A stretch of DNA of 64,000 nt, taken from sequence record ON568341.1. One strand, given 5' to 3'. How positions within the stretch are numbered: the stretch's first letter is position 1; each line of letters starts with the position of its first letter. Positions 38,162-47,005 of the stretch are shown here, piece after piece. The translations under genes were made by a program, and so were the position numbers. This DNA is from Escherichia phage UE-S1. Under the pieces are notes generated by a model, which saw nothing but the letters and a program-made list of their open reading frames with translations, ran no database searches and was not told the origin of the DNA.

Positions 38162-38186
38162 GAGAGACTTAATTGTCTCTTTTTTA
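38162..38186 (+). terminator. intrinsic terminator at end of ORF-poor island
   Basis: GAGAGAC / GTCTCT stem then T6. Confidence 0.6.
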
Positions 38187-38325
38187 TTACCTTCATTCCC
38201 CTGCGGGGGGATGTAATAGTCCTCAACAAATCCCGTCAAGTTTTTAAAGTACATTATCATTTTTAGAAGGAACTAGTTTACGAAGTAAACGCAGTGACTT
38301 CTTGAGTTACGAGAGAACGAAGTGA

Positions 38326-38754
38326 ATGAGTAACACAACGAAAATATCCGATAAATCTGAATTAACACAAATGTTATTCAAAGAATATTTTGAGTTTCAG
38401 ATAAAAGACGAACATCAATTACCACAGCAATATTTGAAAAGAATTAAAGATCCGTCAATAATTACTAAAGAAACAAATTTTTATAATAGTATTTTTGATT
38501 TCGTTAAATCAGTTCATACAACAAGACCTATTGTAGTTTTGTTTTTTGATAAATCTATTCCTTTAGTAGTTCCTGAAAATGTATTTTTTATTTCAGAAAC
38601 TGATTTAAATAACCAAAGTACTGTAAGTAGATTAAGAAATTGCTTACTTGTAGTATGTGATTCTTCATTATATAATAACAGAATACTATGGGATAGAAGT
38701 AAACGCAATGCAATTGCAGAAATGAATCCTGAAGTTACATTTATTATTAACTAA
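38326..38754 (+). CDS. hypothetical protein
   Basis: ORF in array. Confidence 0.5.
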   Translation: MSNTTKISDKSELTQMLFKEYFEFQIKDEHQLPQQYLKRIKDPSIITKETNFYNSIFDFVKSVHTTRPIVVLFFDKSIPLVVPENVFFISETDLNNQSTVSRLRNCLLVVCDSSLYNNRILWDRSKRNAIAEMNPEVTFIIN

Positions 38755-38785
38755 ATACCATATAATAACTCTAAGGAGAGATTTT

Positions 38786-39226
38786 ATGGAAAATATTGAA
38801 AATTTAAGACATGTTATGGATTTTATCATTGATACTGAAGAAGATAATGCTTATGATGAAATCTTACTAACTTTTATTGAAAATAGTTTGTTTTTAAGTT
38901 CTGCTGCACATAGCTGGCATTTACAAAGCCGTTTCTACACAAAGCATCTTCAATTGGATGAACTATACAAAGAGTTACCAGAGTACGTTGATGCATTTGT
39001 TGAGGGTATAATGAATACTCGTGGGGCATTACAGGTAGGTACTGGTAACAGTTATCGATTTACCCACATTGAGGATTGTGTTCCAATTCTTGAAGAGTAT
39101 TCTAGCCAATGTAAAGCAATTCATGCTATGCTCGAAGAGGCAGAAGACTATGGCAGTACTAACACACTAGAAGATATTATGAGTTTTGTTGATGGTGTGC
39201 TTTACAAACTTAAAGTTTTACAATAA
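38786..39226 (+). CDS. hypothetical protein
   Basis: AAGGAGAG RBS; terminator follows. Confidence 0.5.
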   Translation: MENIENLRHVMDFIIDTEEDNAYDEILLTFIENSLFLSSAAHSWHLQSRFYTKHLQLDELYKELPEYVDAFVEGIMNTRGALQVGTGNSYRFTHIEDCVPILEEYSSQCKAIHAMLEEAEDYGSTNTLEDIMSFVDGVLYKLKVLQ

Positions 39227-39233
39227 ACTATAT

Positions 39234-39262
39234 GGAGAGTCATAGTGACTCTCCTTTTCTTT
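39234..39262 (+). terminator. intrinsic terminator
   Basis: GGAGAGTCA / TGACTCTCC stem then T-rich run. Confidence 0.8.
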
Positions 39263-39272
39263 TGGAGAATAT

Positions 39273-39626
39273 ATGAGTGACTACCGAGTAACATCTGGAC
39301 TAATGGCACGTCTTACTGAAGCAGTTCCTGAAGATGATTATGAAGCTATTTCAGATCGTCTTTTTGACGCAGATTCTAAACTCCATATTACATATGATGG
39401 TGCATTGATTTACAGTACTGATATTGATATCCCTAGCTATGAATTTGAGATTTCTTTTGGTAGTAAATTAACCACTGAAGAATTCGCTCGAAAATGTGAG
39501 CGTGAAGGGTTGTGTATTGATATTAGTTCAGTTCAGCCATATACATCACTGTGGTATGATGGTGCTGATAGTCCAATGTCTACTACATCTTTAAAGGATT
39601 TTCTAAATGCAAATCAAAAAGATTAA
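39273..39626 (+). CDS. hypothetical protein
   Basis: GGAG RBS. Confidence 0.5.
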   Translation: MSDYRVTSGLMARLTEAVPEDDYEAISDRLFDADSKLHITYDGALIYSTDIDIPSYEFEISFGSKLTTEEFARKCEREGLCIDISSVQPYTSLWYDGADSPMSTTSLKDFLNANQKD

Positions 39627-39999
39627 ATTCCACCAGCATTGTTCTATACATGAATGTGATGATTGTGGTATGAACATGAGTAACATTTATACAGTTTCCT
39701 GTAAAGGATTTAAATTCACTCACGGTGAACCTGCTTATTGTTATGGCACAGAAGAAGGTGATATCGAGGTAGTTCTGAAAGAATTATTCCAATACTTGCA
39801 AAGTACTGGACATGATGTTACAATGCCCACATATTACGAAGATGATTATGACTCACATATAGAAGAAAATACATATTATAATCAATTCGTTCATGGTAAT
39901 GGTTTTATCACATACCTTCATGAGAATGGCATTGAGGTAAAAACTAAGTACACTAGTGATGATTATGAAGGTGATGACTCTATGGAGATTGAAGATTGA
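39607..39999 (+). CDS. hypothetical Cys/His-containing protein
   Basis: HQHCSIHECDDCG near N-terminus. Confidence 0.45.
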   Translation: MQIKKIKFHQHCSIHECDDCGMNMSNIYTVSCKGFKFTHGEPAYCYGTEEGDIEVVLKELFQYLQSTGHDVTMPTYYEDDYDSHIEENTYYNQFVHGNGFITYLHENGIEVKTKYTSDDYEGDDSMEIED

Positions 40000-40577
40000 A
40001 AGCAAAAGACTTAGCAGCACTGTTGATGCAGAATCCTGAAATGGAAGTGTATCATGAGCACATGCATATTAATGATATGTGTGAATCGTACTATTCACCA
40101 GAAAATGTGTCTGGAATTGAAATCACACCAAGTGGTGTATTCATCAGTACTGAATATATTGATTTCGATGACCGTCAAGAAATCAAAACTCCACACAATA
40201 AGCCCAGAATCGGAACTATCGATCTGGTATTCCATCAGGAACGTTTAGTTGAGTACGATGAAGACGATGGTTCTATGGTAACTGATGTTGAAAATGTCGT
40301 TTTTCCTTTTTATAACGCATATGAAGACCCAACTACTGGAGAAGATTTCTTCCGTGAGCTATTCGAGGATGGTCAAGTTTATGGTCAGGATGGTACTGTT
40401 TTTGTACTGGACCCTAACTATGTGCCAGATCACAATACATGGCAATTCTATACACCACAAGATGTAATGGAAGTTAAAGTACTTACGGACATTGACGAAA
40501 AATGGAATCCGGTATATACTACAATGACATATGAAGAGGCTAAAAAATACTTCATTTCTAAATTAAACATTACATAA
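39996..40577 (+). CDS. hypothetical protein
   Basis: ATGA overlap with upstream stop. Confidence 0.5.
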   Translation: MKAKDLAALLMQNPEMEVYHEHMHINDMCESYYSPENVSGIEITPSGVFISTEYIDFDDRQEIKTPHNKPRIGTIDLVFHQERLVEYDEDDGSMVTDVENVVFPFYNAYEDPTTGEDFFRELFEDGQVYGQDGTVFVLDPNYVPDHNTWQFYTPQDVMEVKVLTDIDEKWNPVYTTMTYEEAKKYFISKLNIT

Positions 40578-40597
40578 TAGTAAGGATTCATAAATTT

Positions 40598-40879
40598 ATG
40601 AAAATTGTTGCAAGTGCATGGATGAAACTGACAGATGGTACAACTGCTTTTGAAGATTATGGTTTTGTTGAAAGTGTTGATGATTTAAAGCGTTTTAAAC
40701 GTGATAACAGTGATAATGTATTTGAAATTGTATTTACATATCATCACATTTCAAACGATACTGATTATGAACATTATTACTATCATCCTGAGTTATTGGA
40801 AATCCTTGTATGTGATAATCATCATGAAATTGATGAAAATACAGCTTTGATTATGTTGAGTACCGTATCTCCGGTATAA
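40598..40879 (+). CDS. hypothetical protein
   Basis: AAGGA RBS. Confidence 0.45.
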   Translation: MKIVASAWMKLTDGTTAFEDYGFVESVDDLKRFKRDNSDNVFEIVFTYHHISNDTDYEHYYYHPELLEILVCDNHHEIDENTALIMLSTVSPV

Positions 40880-40887
40880 GGAGTAAT

Positions 40888-41367
40888 ATGTATAATCTTA
40901 TAATTATCCGAGAGCCACATTATAGTGGTGATGAATCAGTAGAGGGTGAGGTTTTAGTATATCAAAGTTATGAATACAGTGGGATTGAAACTGAATTAAT
41001 GGTTTATTTACGTGAGCATTTGTATCTGTATCGCACAGAACCCCATAAACAGTATGGGGATATAATGTTTATCGTAACGCATAATGGTACAGTTATTGAA
41101 CATGTTAATATGACAAATAACATGGATTTTCATAATTACACACAACCTACTAAACCCATAAGTAATAAATTCATTGATGTTTATAATGAATTACGTAAGA
41201 ATGTTTCCAAAAATGATGCATTCTGTACTAATATTAGGATAGAAGAAAGTAAAACAAAAAGGAATCTTATTAAAAAGTATGAGGAAGAACGTAAAAAAGA
41301 TCAGGAGATTAAACGTTTACATGAGTTAATGAAGAAATATCCAGATGAGGTTAAAAGTGGCACTTAG
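40888..41367 (+). CDS. hypothetical protein
   Basis: AGGAG RBS. Confidence 0.5.
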   Translation: MYNLIIIREPHYSGDESVEGEVLVYQSYEYSGIETELMVYLREHLYLYRTEPHKQYGDIMFIVTHNGTVIEHVNMTNNMDFHNYTQPTKPISNKFIDVYNELRKNVSKNDAFCTNIRIEESKTKRNLIKKYEEERKKDQEIKRLHELMKKYPDEVKSGT

Positions 41368-41695
41368 AGGTTCAACTCAATATAAATGCATTACTGAGAT
41401 CAGGAAGAAAGACGGAACACTAATTGACAGGCAATTAAAACAGGAGTATAAAGACCTAATAGATGTTCTACGAAATGAAAGTTTTGGTGGTAAGCGTAGA
41501 CAGAAGATTTATGAATTCATGAAGAATGGTTTGGAAATTCAAGTTAATGGTATTCATTGTACACAAACCAAAAATGATCCAGATATTTTACGTCTTTTAA
41601 AAGAGGGTAAAATAGAAATGTTTAATGTCCCTATTTCATCCTACGGCAATAGACTAAAATGTAAGCACACATACTTAAGGATGAAAAATGGGTAA
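41345..41695 (+). CDS. hypothetical protein
   Basis: Track ORF; exact start uncertain. Confidence 0.4.
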   Translation: MRLKVALRGSTQYKCITEIRKKDGTLIDRQLKQEYKDLIDVLRNESFGGKRRQKIYEFMKNGLEIQVNGIHCTQTKNDPDILRLLKEGKIEMFNVPISSYGNRLKCKHTYLRMKNG

Positions 41696-42272
41696 ATTAG
41701 TATATTACTATGGTAGTATGTCCAGTGGTAAAAGCACTCATCTTTTACAAAACGCATATAACCATAAGAAAAATGGAATGAAGGTAATTTACTTAACCAG
41801 TGCACTTGATGATCGTTATGGAACCGGAAAGATCACTTCAAGAATTGGTATTGAAGCTGATGCTGAAGTAATTCCAAAAAATGACATTAGTGTTCTTCTT
41901 AAAGTTAAAGAAACACTCAATAATGATGTTGACATTAACAGCATTTATGTTGATGAATGTCAATTTTTAAACAGAGAGCAGATTGACCATTTGGCTGATA
42001 TTGCCGATAATTATGGTGTTGATGTTTCCTGTTATGGTATTCGAACAGATTTTGAATCTAATCTATTTGAAGGTTCCCACCGACTTTTTGAAATAGCTGA
42101 TGATATACATGAACTTAAGAATGTGTGTGAGAATCAGAAGTGTGGGAAAGAAGCTACCATGAATGCACGTATTGTAGACAGTACTGAAAAAGTTTTCATT
42201 GGTGGTAACGAATCCTATAAAAGTTTGTGTAGAAAATGTTATAAAGAATATATGAGGAATAAAAATGGTTGA
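41688..42272 (+). CDS. tk: thymidine kinase
   Basis: P-loop YYGSMSSGKST; C-terminal Cys pairs (CENQKCG .. CRKCY). Confidence 0.85.
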   Translation: MGKLVYYYGSMSSGKSTHLLQNAYNHKKNGMKVIYLTSALDDRYGTGKITSRIGIEADAEVIPKNDISVLLKVKETLNNDVDINSIYVDECQFLNREQIDHLADIADNYGVDVSCYGIRTDFESNLFEGSHRLFEIADDIHELKNVCENQKCGKEATMNARIVDSTEKVFIGGNESYKSLCRKCYKEYMRNKNG

Positions 42273-42486
42273 TTCATTCATGAAACGAGTTTTAACAGAT
42301 GTTCTATCTGGATTTAAAAAAGCAACTAATATTATTTTCAGTTCAATTGTGATGGTTATTACTGTATTGACATTTTCTCTAGTGTTACATTTTGTGCCAT
42401 TCTGGTTAATCTTTATTGTATTAATTGGTCTTCTATGTGCACATGTTTATCATGTTTACAGTGAAATGTTGGATAATGACGATTAA
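42265..42486 (+). CDS. small membrane protein
   Basis: Two hydrophobic helices; terminator follows. Confidence 0.45.
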   Translation: MVDSFMKRVLTDVLSGFKKATNIIFSSIVMVITVLTFSLVLHFVPFWLIFIVLIGLLCAHVYHVYSEMLDNDD

Positions 42487-42494
42487 ATATATTT

Positions 42495-42518
42495 GACCCC
42501 ACTATGTGGGGTCTTTTT
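42495..42518 (+). terminator. intrinsic terminator
   Basis: GACCCCA / TGGGGTC stem then T5. Confidence 0.7.
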
Positions 42519-42531
42519 GAAGGTAAATTTT

Positions 42532-42975
42532 ATGTACATTGAAGTTGAAACATTCAAACGATTTATTGACATTTGTCGTCATACTAATCTTATATATTTG
42601 GGTCCAGGAGCAAACTTCAGAACTTTATCTTCAATTTTAGGATATACTGAACCATCATGCTTATATTGCGATGGGAACATGATTCATCTCACTGATGGTG
42701 ATTACAATGTTCAGTACATTTCTCAATGTGATTTGTATGTATTAAATACTCCAGAATATAATATTATTATTGAAGAACGTACTAAAGATAATTACCCAAC
42801 CCAATATGTAAGTTGGGATAGAACAGATTGCGTATATGCCACTGGTCCAGTACAGAAACCTATGAACTATCCTACTATTCATTTGAATGTTATCCATGAT
42901 GAATTGAAAGATTACTGTAACAGTATTTCAGATTCGGAAACAAAATACTTTCCTATTATATTTTATAAGGTTTAA
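42532..42975 (+). CDS. hypothetical protein
   Basis: Track ORF 42493-42975 trimmed to ATG 42532 because the terminator hairpin occupies 42495-42518. Confidence 0.45.
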   Translation: MYIEVETFKRFIDICRHTNLIYLGPGANFRTLSSILGYTEPSCLYCDGNMIHLTDGDYNVQYISQCDLYVLNTPEYNIIIEERTKDNYPTQYVSWDRTDCVYATGPVQKPMNYPTIHLNVIHDELKDYCNSISDSETKYFPIIFYKV

Positions 42976-42977
42976 TT

Positions 42978-43367
42978 ATGAGATGGCGTAAACGACATAC
43001 TAAAAGATTTAATACTATAATTAAGAAATATTATTCCCATAAGTTGGATTCAATGATTCTTCAATTAAGAAGTAGTATTTTTGACAGGCGTTATCCACAG
43101 TGTTTAGAATCGTACAGTAGGAGGCGTTCAAAGAATGAGTATCAAATATATCGTTATGATCTATCTGAATTATTTTTGAATACCCGTGTTTCTGTACCAA
43201 TTAGACTGTATTCAAGGTCTAAACGAAGTAGAATTCAAGATATTACATATGGATATCTCATGCTTGATATTGACGAATTGAATGAAAAAATGGATAGAAA
43301 CTTCAGTGCTTTATGTCTGGAAAACAATAATACCATTAAACATATCATAAAAAATTTGGATAAGTAG
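42978..43367 (+). CDS. hypothetical basic protein
   Basis: ORF in array. Confidence 0.45.
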   Translation: MRWRKRHTKRFNTIIKKYYSHKLDSMILQLRSSIFDRRYPQCLESYSRRRSKNEYQIYRYDLSELFLNTRVSVPIRLYSRSKRSRIQDITYGYLMLDIDELNEKMDRNFSALCLENNNTIKHIIKNLDK

Positions 43368-43384
43368 AAGTTTTAGTGATATAA

Positions 43385-43741
43385 TTGGAGATGAGTATGA
43401 AATATATAGATAAAGGTACAGTGGAGACACAGTACTGGAATATTCATATTGCGGGTGATATTAACACCGCAAGAGAGTACACAAGAAAGTTTGCGTTTAA
43501 AAATGGGTTTTGTGTACAATTGATTCCATGTGAATATATCTATACTGGTGGTCTTGAAAGTGGAATCTGTGCTCGTATTATTCAGTACCCACGCTTTCCT
43601 AAAGAAGAAGTGTACCTAAATCGAGATGTACTAAATTACGCTAAGGGATTAGCTGAAGAGTTGTGTCAGAAGAGTTTCACTATTGAGAGAAATAATGATA
43701 CAATTTATTATGAAAGTGATGACCCTTTACACAAGAAATAA
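43385..43741 (+). CDS. hypothetical protein
   Basis: GGAG RBS. Confidence 0.5.
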   Translation: MEMSMKYIDKGTVETQYWNIHIAGDINTAREYTRKFAFKNGFCVQLIPCEYIYTGGLESGICARIIQYPRFPKEEVYLNRDVLNYAKGLAEELCQKSFTIERNNDTIYYESDDPLHKK

Positions 43742-43752
43742 AAGGAAACTAT

Positions 43753-43884
43753 ATGAATGGACTAAAAAAGTTTGGTAAAGATTTTCTACAGTGCATCAAA
43801 TATACATATGATGCAAATCCAGAAATGACTGCGATTGTAGGTGTATTTATTGCATTAGTTGTATTAAGTTTCATTATGGGGTAA
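43753..43884 (+). CDS. small membrane protein (43 aa)
   Basis: Not on track; AAAGGAAA RBS; C-terminal TM segment TAIVGVFIALVVLSFIMG. Confidence 0.35.
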   Translation: MNGLKKFGKDFLQCIKYTYDANPEMTAIVGVFIALVVLSFIMG

Positions 43885-43887
43885 CAT

Positions 43888-44091
43888 ATGATTGAAATTA
43901 ATGCTGATATCTACTGTAGTGCTTTTCCAAATTACTTCATTTATGCATTAAGTACATTTGGTGAAACAGAAGGTGAGACGTTTGTTTTAGTAGATAATAC
44001 TACTTGGTATAAAACAAGTAATAAAATTTCTGAAGATGTTTTTGAAACATATGTTCGTATTGAAAATAAAAACATATATGTAAATTTATAG
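43888..44091 (+). CDS. small hypothetical protein
   Basis: ORF in array. Confidence 0.4.
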   Translation: MIEINADIYCSAFPNYFIYALSTFGETEGETFVLVDNTTWYKTSNKISEDVFETYVRIENKNIYVNL

Positions 44092-44098
44092 GTAAAAT

Positions 44099-44509
44099 AT
44101 GATTGAAATGGAAGGCATTCTGGTGTATGATCCAGATCGTGGAGCTATGAAAAAGAAGAAGGATTTCTGGTTAGTCCTACAACTTCCATTACAGTTGGTT
44201 AGATACTACCAGTACTTCATTCGAACTGACTTACATATTGACATTAAAGACCCACAATGGGGTGCACACGTCAGTATTGTTCGTGGGGAAGTGCCACCAA
44301 ATCCAGAGTACTGGAAGAAGTACCATGGTAAAAAAATCAAAATAAAATTTAATCCTGATATCATACAAGTGAAAGACAAAAAGAATCCAGGTTCGTTCTT
44401 TATTATAGAGTTTGATGATGAATTTATTGGTCATATTCGAAATGAATTAGGATTACAATCGAAGTTCTTACGTTATCACATTACAGTTGGTAGAACGTAC
44501 TACGATTAG
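44099..44509 (+). CDS. 2H-phosphoesterase-like protein
   Basis: Two H-x-[ST]-x motifs ~70 residues apart (HVSIV and HITVG), the arrangement typical of 2H phosphoesterases. Confidence 0.45.
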   Translation: MIEMEGILVYDPDRGAMKKKKDFWLVLQLPLQLVRYYQYFIRTDLHIDIKDPQWGAHVSIVRGEVPPNPEYWKKYHGKKIKIKFNPDIIQVKDKKNPGSFFIIEFDDEFIGHIRNELGLQSKFLRYHITVGRTYYD

Positions 44510-44527
44510 TTTAGTGGTAAATATATC

Positions 44528-44555
44528 TTGACTGAAAATAAAAATATGCTATAAT
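44528..44555 (+). promoter_or_regulatory. sigma70-like promoter with extended -10
   Basis: TTGACT - 16 nt - TATAAT preceded by TGC; upstream of lysozyme gene. Confidence 0.5.
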
Positions 44556-44673
44556 ACTTAAACACTTGAAAATAACGTTTTAGTACTGTAGAAAGTCCGA
44601 TGAGGCTTTTGCAAAATGGCCTCTTTGCCATCTTTGTGATTGCCCCGTCTTAACAATCAACAAAGGAGGCGTT

Positions 44674-45600
44674 TTGAAACAAGCGAAAAAAGCACTGAAA
44701 ACTAAAATTGCCGTAGGCGTATTAGTTTCATCAGCCCTATTCGCTGCTATTGGATTTTATGGTTTTTCACGACATGATCATGTACCATCATTAGACGAAA
44801 GTCAGGTGCATAATTTAAAACCACAGTTTACTCAAATTCAAAAGCAGGAACTTCCAGTGGTGTCAATACCGAAAGAAGTTTCAAGCAGCGAGAAACATTA
44901 TACGGTTCAACCAGGTGATAGTTATTATTCTATTGCTAAAAAGTTTAAGCCTAAAAATGTACAACTTGAAGAGTATGTTATTTTGTTGAAAAATATCAAT
45001 TTAAATGCTACACTTCATACTTCTCAGGGTATCTTTATCCCAACAAAAGAGGATTTGAAAAACATATTATTACCAGATGTGACTGTACTGTTTGATTATA
45101 CTGATCCTGAAATTGTCAATCACATCAAAGAAGCTGAAGGTTCAATTGAATTTCAGTCTAAAAATAAACGCCGTTTACTTGGTGGGCAAGTTGGTGTATC
45201 ATATCGTAATTCTAAATTTTATCCATATCGTGATGTAAAAGGTAACTACACAATTGGGTACGGACATTACCTTGGAAGGAATGCTTCAGATGCAAGTAAA
45301 TATCGCAATGGAATTACTAAATCGCAAGCACATGAACTTTTATTGTCTGATATGGAACGAATTAATAATGATTTAATTTTATTATTGAAGAAAAGAAATG
45401 CAACAAACCTTACGGTTGAACAACAAAGAATTTTATTTGAGATGGCATTTACTTTAGGTGTTGATAAATTAAACACTTTCAACAAACTATGGAAAAGTGT
45501 TGAAAATCAAAATTACAACAAGTTCAAAAAAGAAATTAAGAATTCTCTATGGTATCGACAAGTTGGAAACCGTGCAGAATTGTTGTTAAGTTCACTCTAA
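44674..45600 (+). CDS. membrane-anchored LysM-lysozyme (T4-lysozyme-fold; endolysin candidate)
   Basis: N-terminal TM/signal-anchor (IAVGVLVSSALFAAIGFYGF); LysM motif YTVQPGDSYYSIAKKF; C-terminal YTIGYGHYL .. GITK .. SLWYRQVGNRAELL resembles T4 lysozyme; TTG start after AAAGGAGG. Confidence 0.75.
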   Translation: MKQAKKALKTKIAVGVLVSSALFAAIGFYGFSRHDHVPSLDESQVHNLKPQFTQIQKQELPVVSIPKEVSSSEKHYTVQPGDSYYSIAKKFKPKNVQLEEYVILLKNINLNATLHTSQGIFIPTKEDLKNILLPDVTVLFDYTDPEIVNHIKEAEGSIEFQSKNKRRLLGGQVGVSYRNSKFYPYRDVKGNYTIGYGHYLGRNASDASKYRNGITKSQAHELLLSDMERINNDLILLLKKRNATNLTVEQQRILFEMAFTLGVDKLNTFNKLWKSVENQNYNKFKKEIKNSLWYRQVGNRAELLLSSL

Positions 45601-45617
45601 AAAAAGGAAGGTGAAAT

Positions 45618-45950
45618 ATGCTAAATCTAAATATTCAAGGCAACGTTGATATCACTCCAGCAATCCAAGATGCTATTTATAATGAAGCAAAAAGTCTGGA
45701 TAAGTACCGTACTTCTTCAGTACTAGACATTGGTGTTCATGTTAAGAAAGAGCATAAAACTCAATATGCTGTAACTTTAACTGCTGGTAGTAAATCAGTA
45801 ACTGCTGATGATGCTGATTTGTATAAAGCAATTGTTGAATCTTTTGATAAGATGGAAACTGTATTCAGTAAAGACAAAAGCATTAAATTACACCGCCGAA
45901 ACCATCCAGAACACCCCGTTCTTGATGATTTGACAGAAAACGAAGAGTAA
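45618..45950 (+). CDS. hypothetical protein
   Basis: AAGGAAGG RBS; terminator follows. Confidence 0.5.
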   Translation: MLNLNIQGNVDITPAIQDAIYNEAKSLDKYRTSSVLDIGVHVKKEHKTQYAVTLTAGSKSVTADDADLYKAIVESFDKMETVFSKDKSIKLHRRNHPEHPVLDDLTENEE

Positions 45951-45961
45951 GATAGACTAAA

Positions 45962-45990
45962 GGGACAGATTAATTCTGTCCCTTTTCTTA
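45962..45990 (+). terminator. intrinsic terminator
   Basis: GGGACAGA / TCTGTCCC stem then T-rich run. Confidence 0.8.
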
Positions 45991-46003
45991 TGGAGTTTTA
46001 ATT

Positions 46004-46399
46004 ATGAATTATTCCTGGATGGAAATTGTAAAATCTCTAATATCAACACATGATATGGACTTACCTGAACACTTAGTTATTAATAGATGGTACTATCCAT
46101 ATCCAGATAACCGTTGTGTTGGGATTGGATTTTTTATTAATGAAAAATCTCAATATATTGGATTAATTGAAGATTATACAAAAACCAACATTGCGTTCTC
46201 AATTGAGTTGAATGTAGATCACATAAAATACTACACTAATAAAATGGACGAAGACGATGGTGATGTTATAATTCCAGCAGAAATAGATGAAGCTTCATTT
46301 TTTCAGTTATCATTAATTCATGATGTATCTGATATTACTTATGATAATGTGAAAGACCTTTTTATATTGTACAATAAACTGTATAATTACTTTTTATAA
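46004..46399 (+). CDS. hypothetical protein
   Basis: ORF in array. Confidence 0.5.
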   Translation: MNYSWMEIVKSLISTHDMDLPEHLVINRWYYPYPDNRCVGIGFFINEKSQYIGLIEDYTKTNIAFSIELNVDHIKYYTNKMDEDDGDVIIPAEIDEASFFQLSLIHDVSDITYDNVKDLFILYNKLYNYFL

Positions 46400-46412
46400 C
46401 AGAGGAATTGTA

Positions 46413-46598
46413 ATGGAATATACCATATGTGTAATTGTATGTATCGTAGCCTTACTTGCAGGAGTTGGTGTGATGATTTACTGTGATGCGGAACCCAGTA
46501 CAGAAACAGGAACAACTATTGAACTTAAGCCTGGTGTTAAGGTAAATGATTCATATTGTTACGATCCACATAGTAATAAGTATGTGATTTGTCTATGA
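46413..46598 (+). CDS. small membrane protein
   Basis: N-terminal TM helix ICVIVCIVALLAGVGVMIY. Confidence 0.4.
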   Translation: MEYTICVIVCIVALLAGVGVMIYCDAEPSTETGTTIELKPGVKVNDSYCYDPHSNKYVICL

Positions 46599-47005
46599 AA
46601 AAGTTTGATATTAAACCTATGATCGATGCTATCGAAATTAAATTAAAAAATACTAAAAAGACAGATAGTACATGTTTGTTCTTTAGCTTAGATAAAATGT
46701 ATTATGAAACACACGTGTCAAGTTATGATAGAACAGGAAATCTCTTCATCCGTACTTATAACATATTTTATAGTGACGATGTTTTTATGATAGATATAAA
46801 TCTGGATGAAAGTATAGTGTTGATGTATATTGAGGATGTTCAATCAACAGAACAACGAAACGGGACTCTTCCTATTGCTGCTACAGAGGAAGAGTTTATG
46901 CAATATCAGTTCATTGATGATACCTTTGGCATTGACTTTGACACATATCAGAGTATAATGAGGGTATACGAACTTTATGAGGATTATGTGATTGGACGTT
47001 ACTAA
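46589..47005 (+). CDS. hypothetical protein, paralogue 1 of 2
   Basis: C-terminal QYQFIDDTFGIDFDTYQSIMRVYELY paralogous to next ORF. Confidence 0.5.
   Translation: MSMKKFDIKPMIDAIEIKLKNTKKTDSTCLFFSLDKMYYETHVSSYDRTGNLFIRTYNIFYSDDVFMIDINLDESIVLMYIEDVQSTEQRNGTLPIAATEEEFMQYQFIDDTFGIDFDTYQSIMRVYELYEDYVIGRY

Larger units (their letters stand above)
37637..38325 (+). other. ORF-poor 690-bp island with promoter, direct and inverted repeats, and terminator
   Basis: No + strand ORF >=60 aa; extended -10 TGATATAAT near 37657; 29-nt direct repeat at 37943-37971 and 38103-38131; flanking inverted repeat GAATTGCG / CGCAATTC; terminator at 38162-38186. Confidence 0.6.

Noticed and set aside
37997-38260. 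87-aa - strand ORF inside the ORF-poor island
   Set aside because: No RBS; on the strand opposite to all neighbouring genes and spanning the + strand terminator; probably spurious, but not excluded
37637-38325. tRNA genes in the ORF-poor island (expected because a CCA-adding enzyme is encoded)
   Set aside because: No cloverleaf could be built: the only T-arm-like stem-loop (TAAGG-TTCGCAC-CCTTA near 37884) has a non-canonical loop and no complementary acceptor stem ~65 nt upstream
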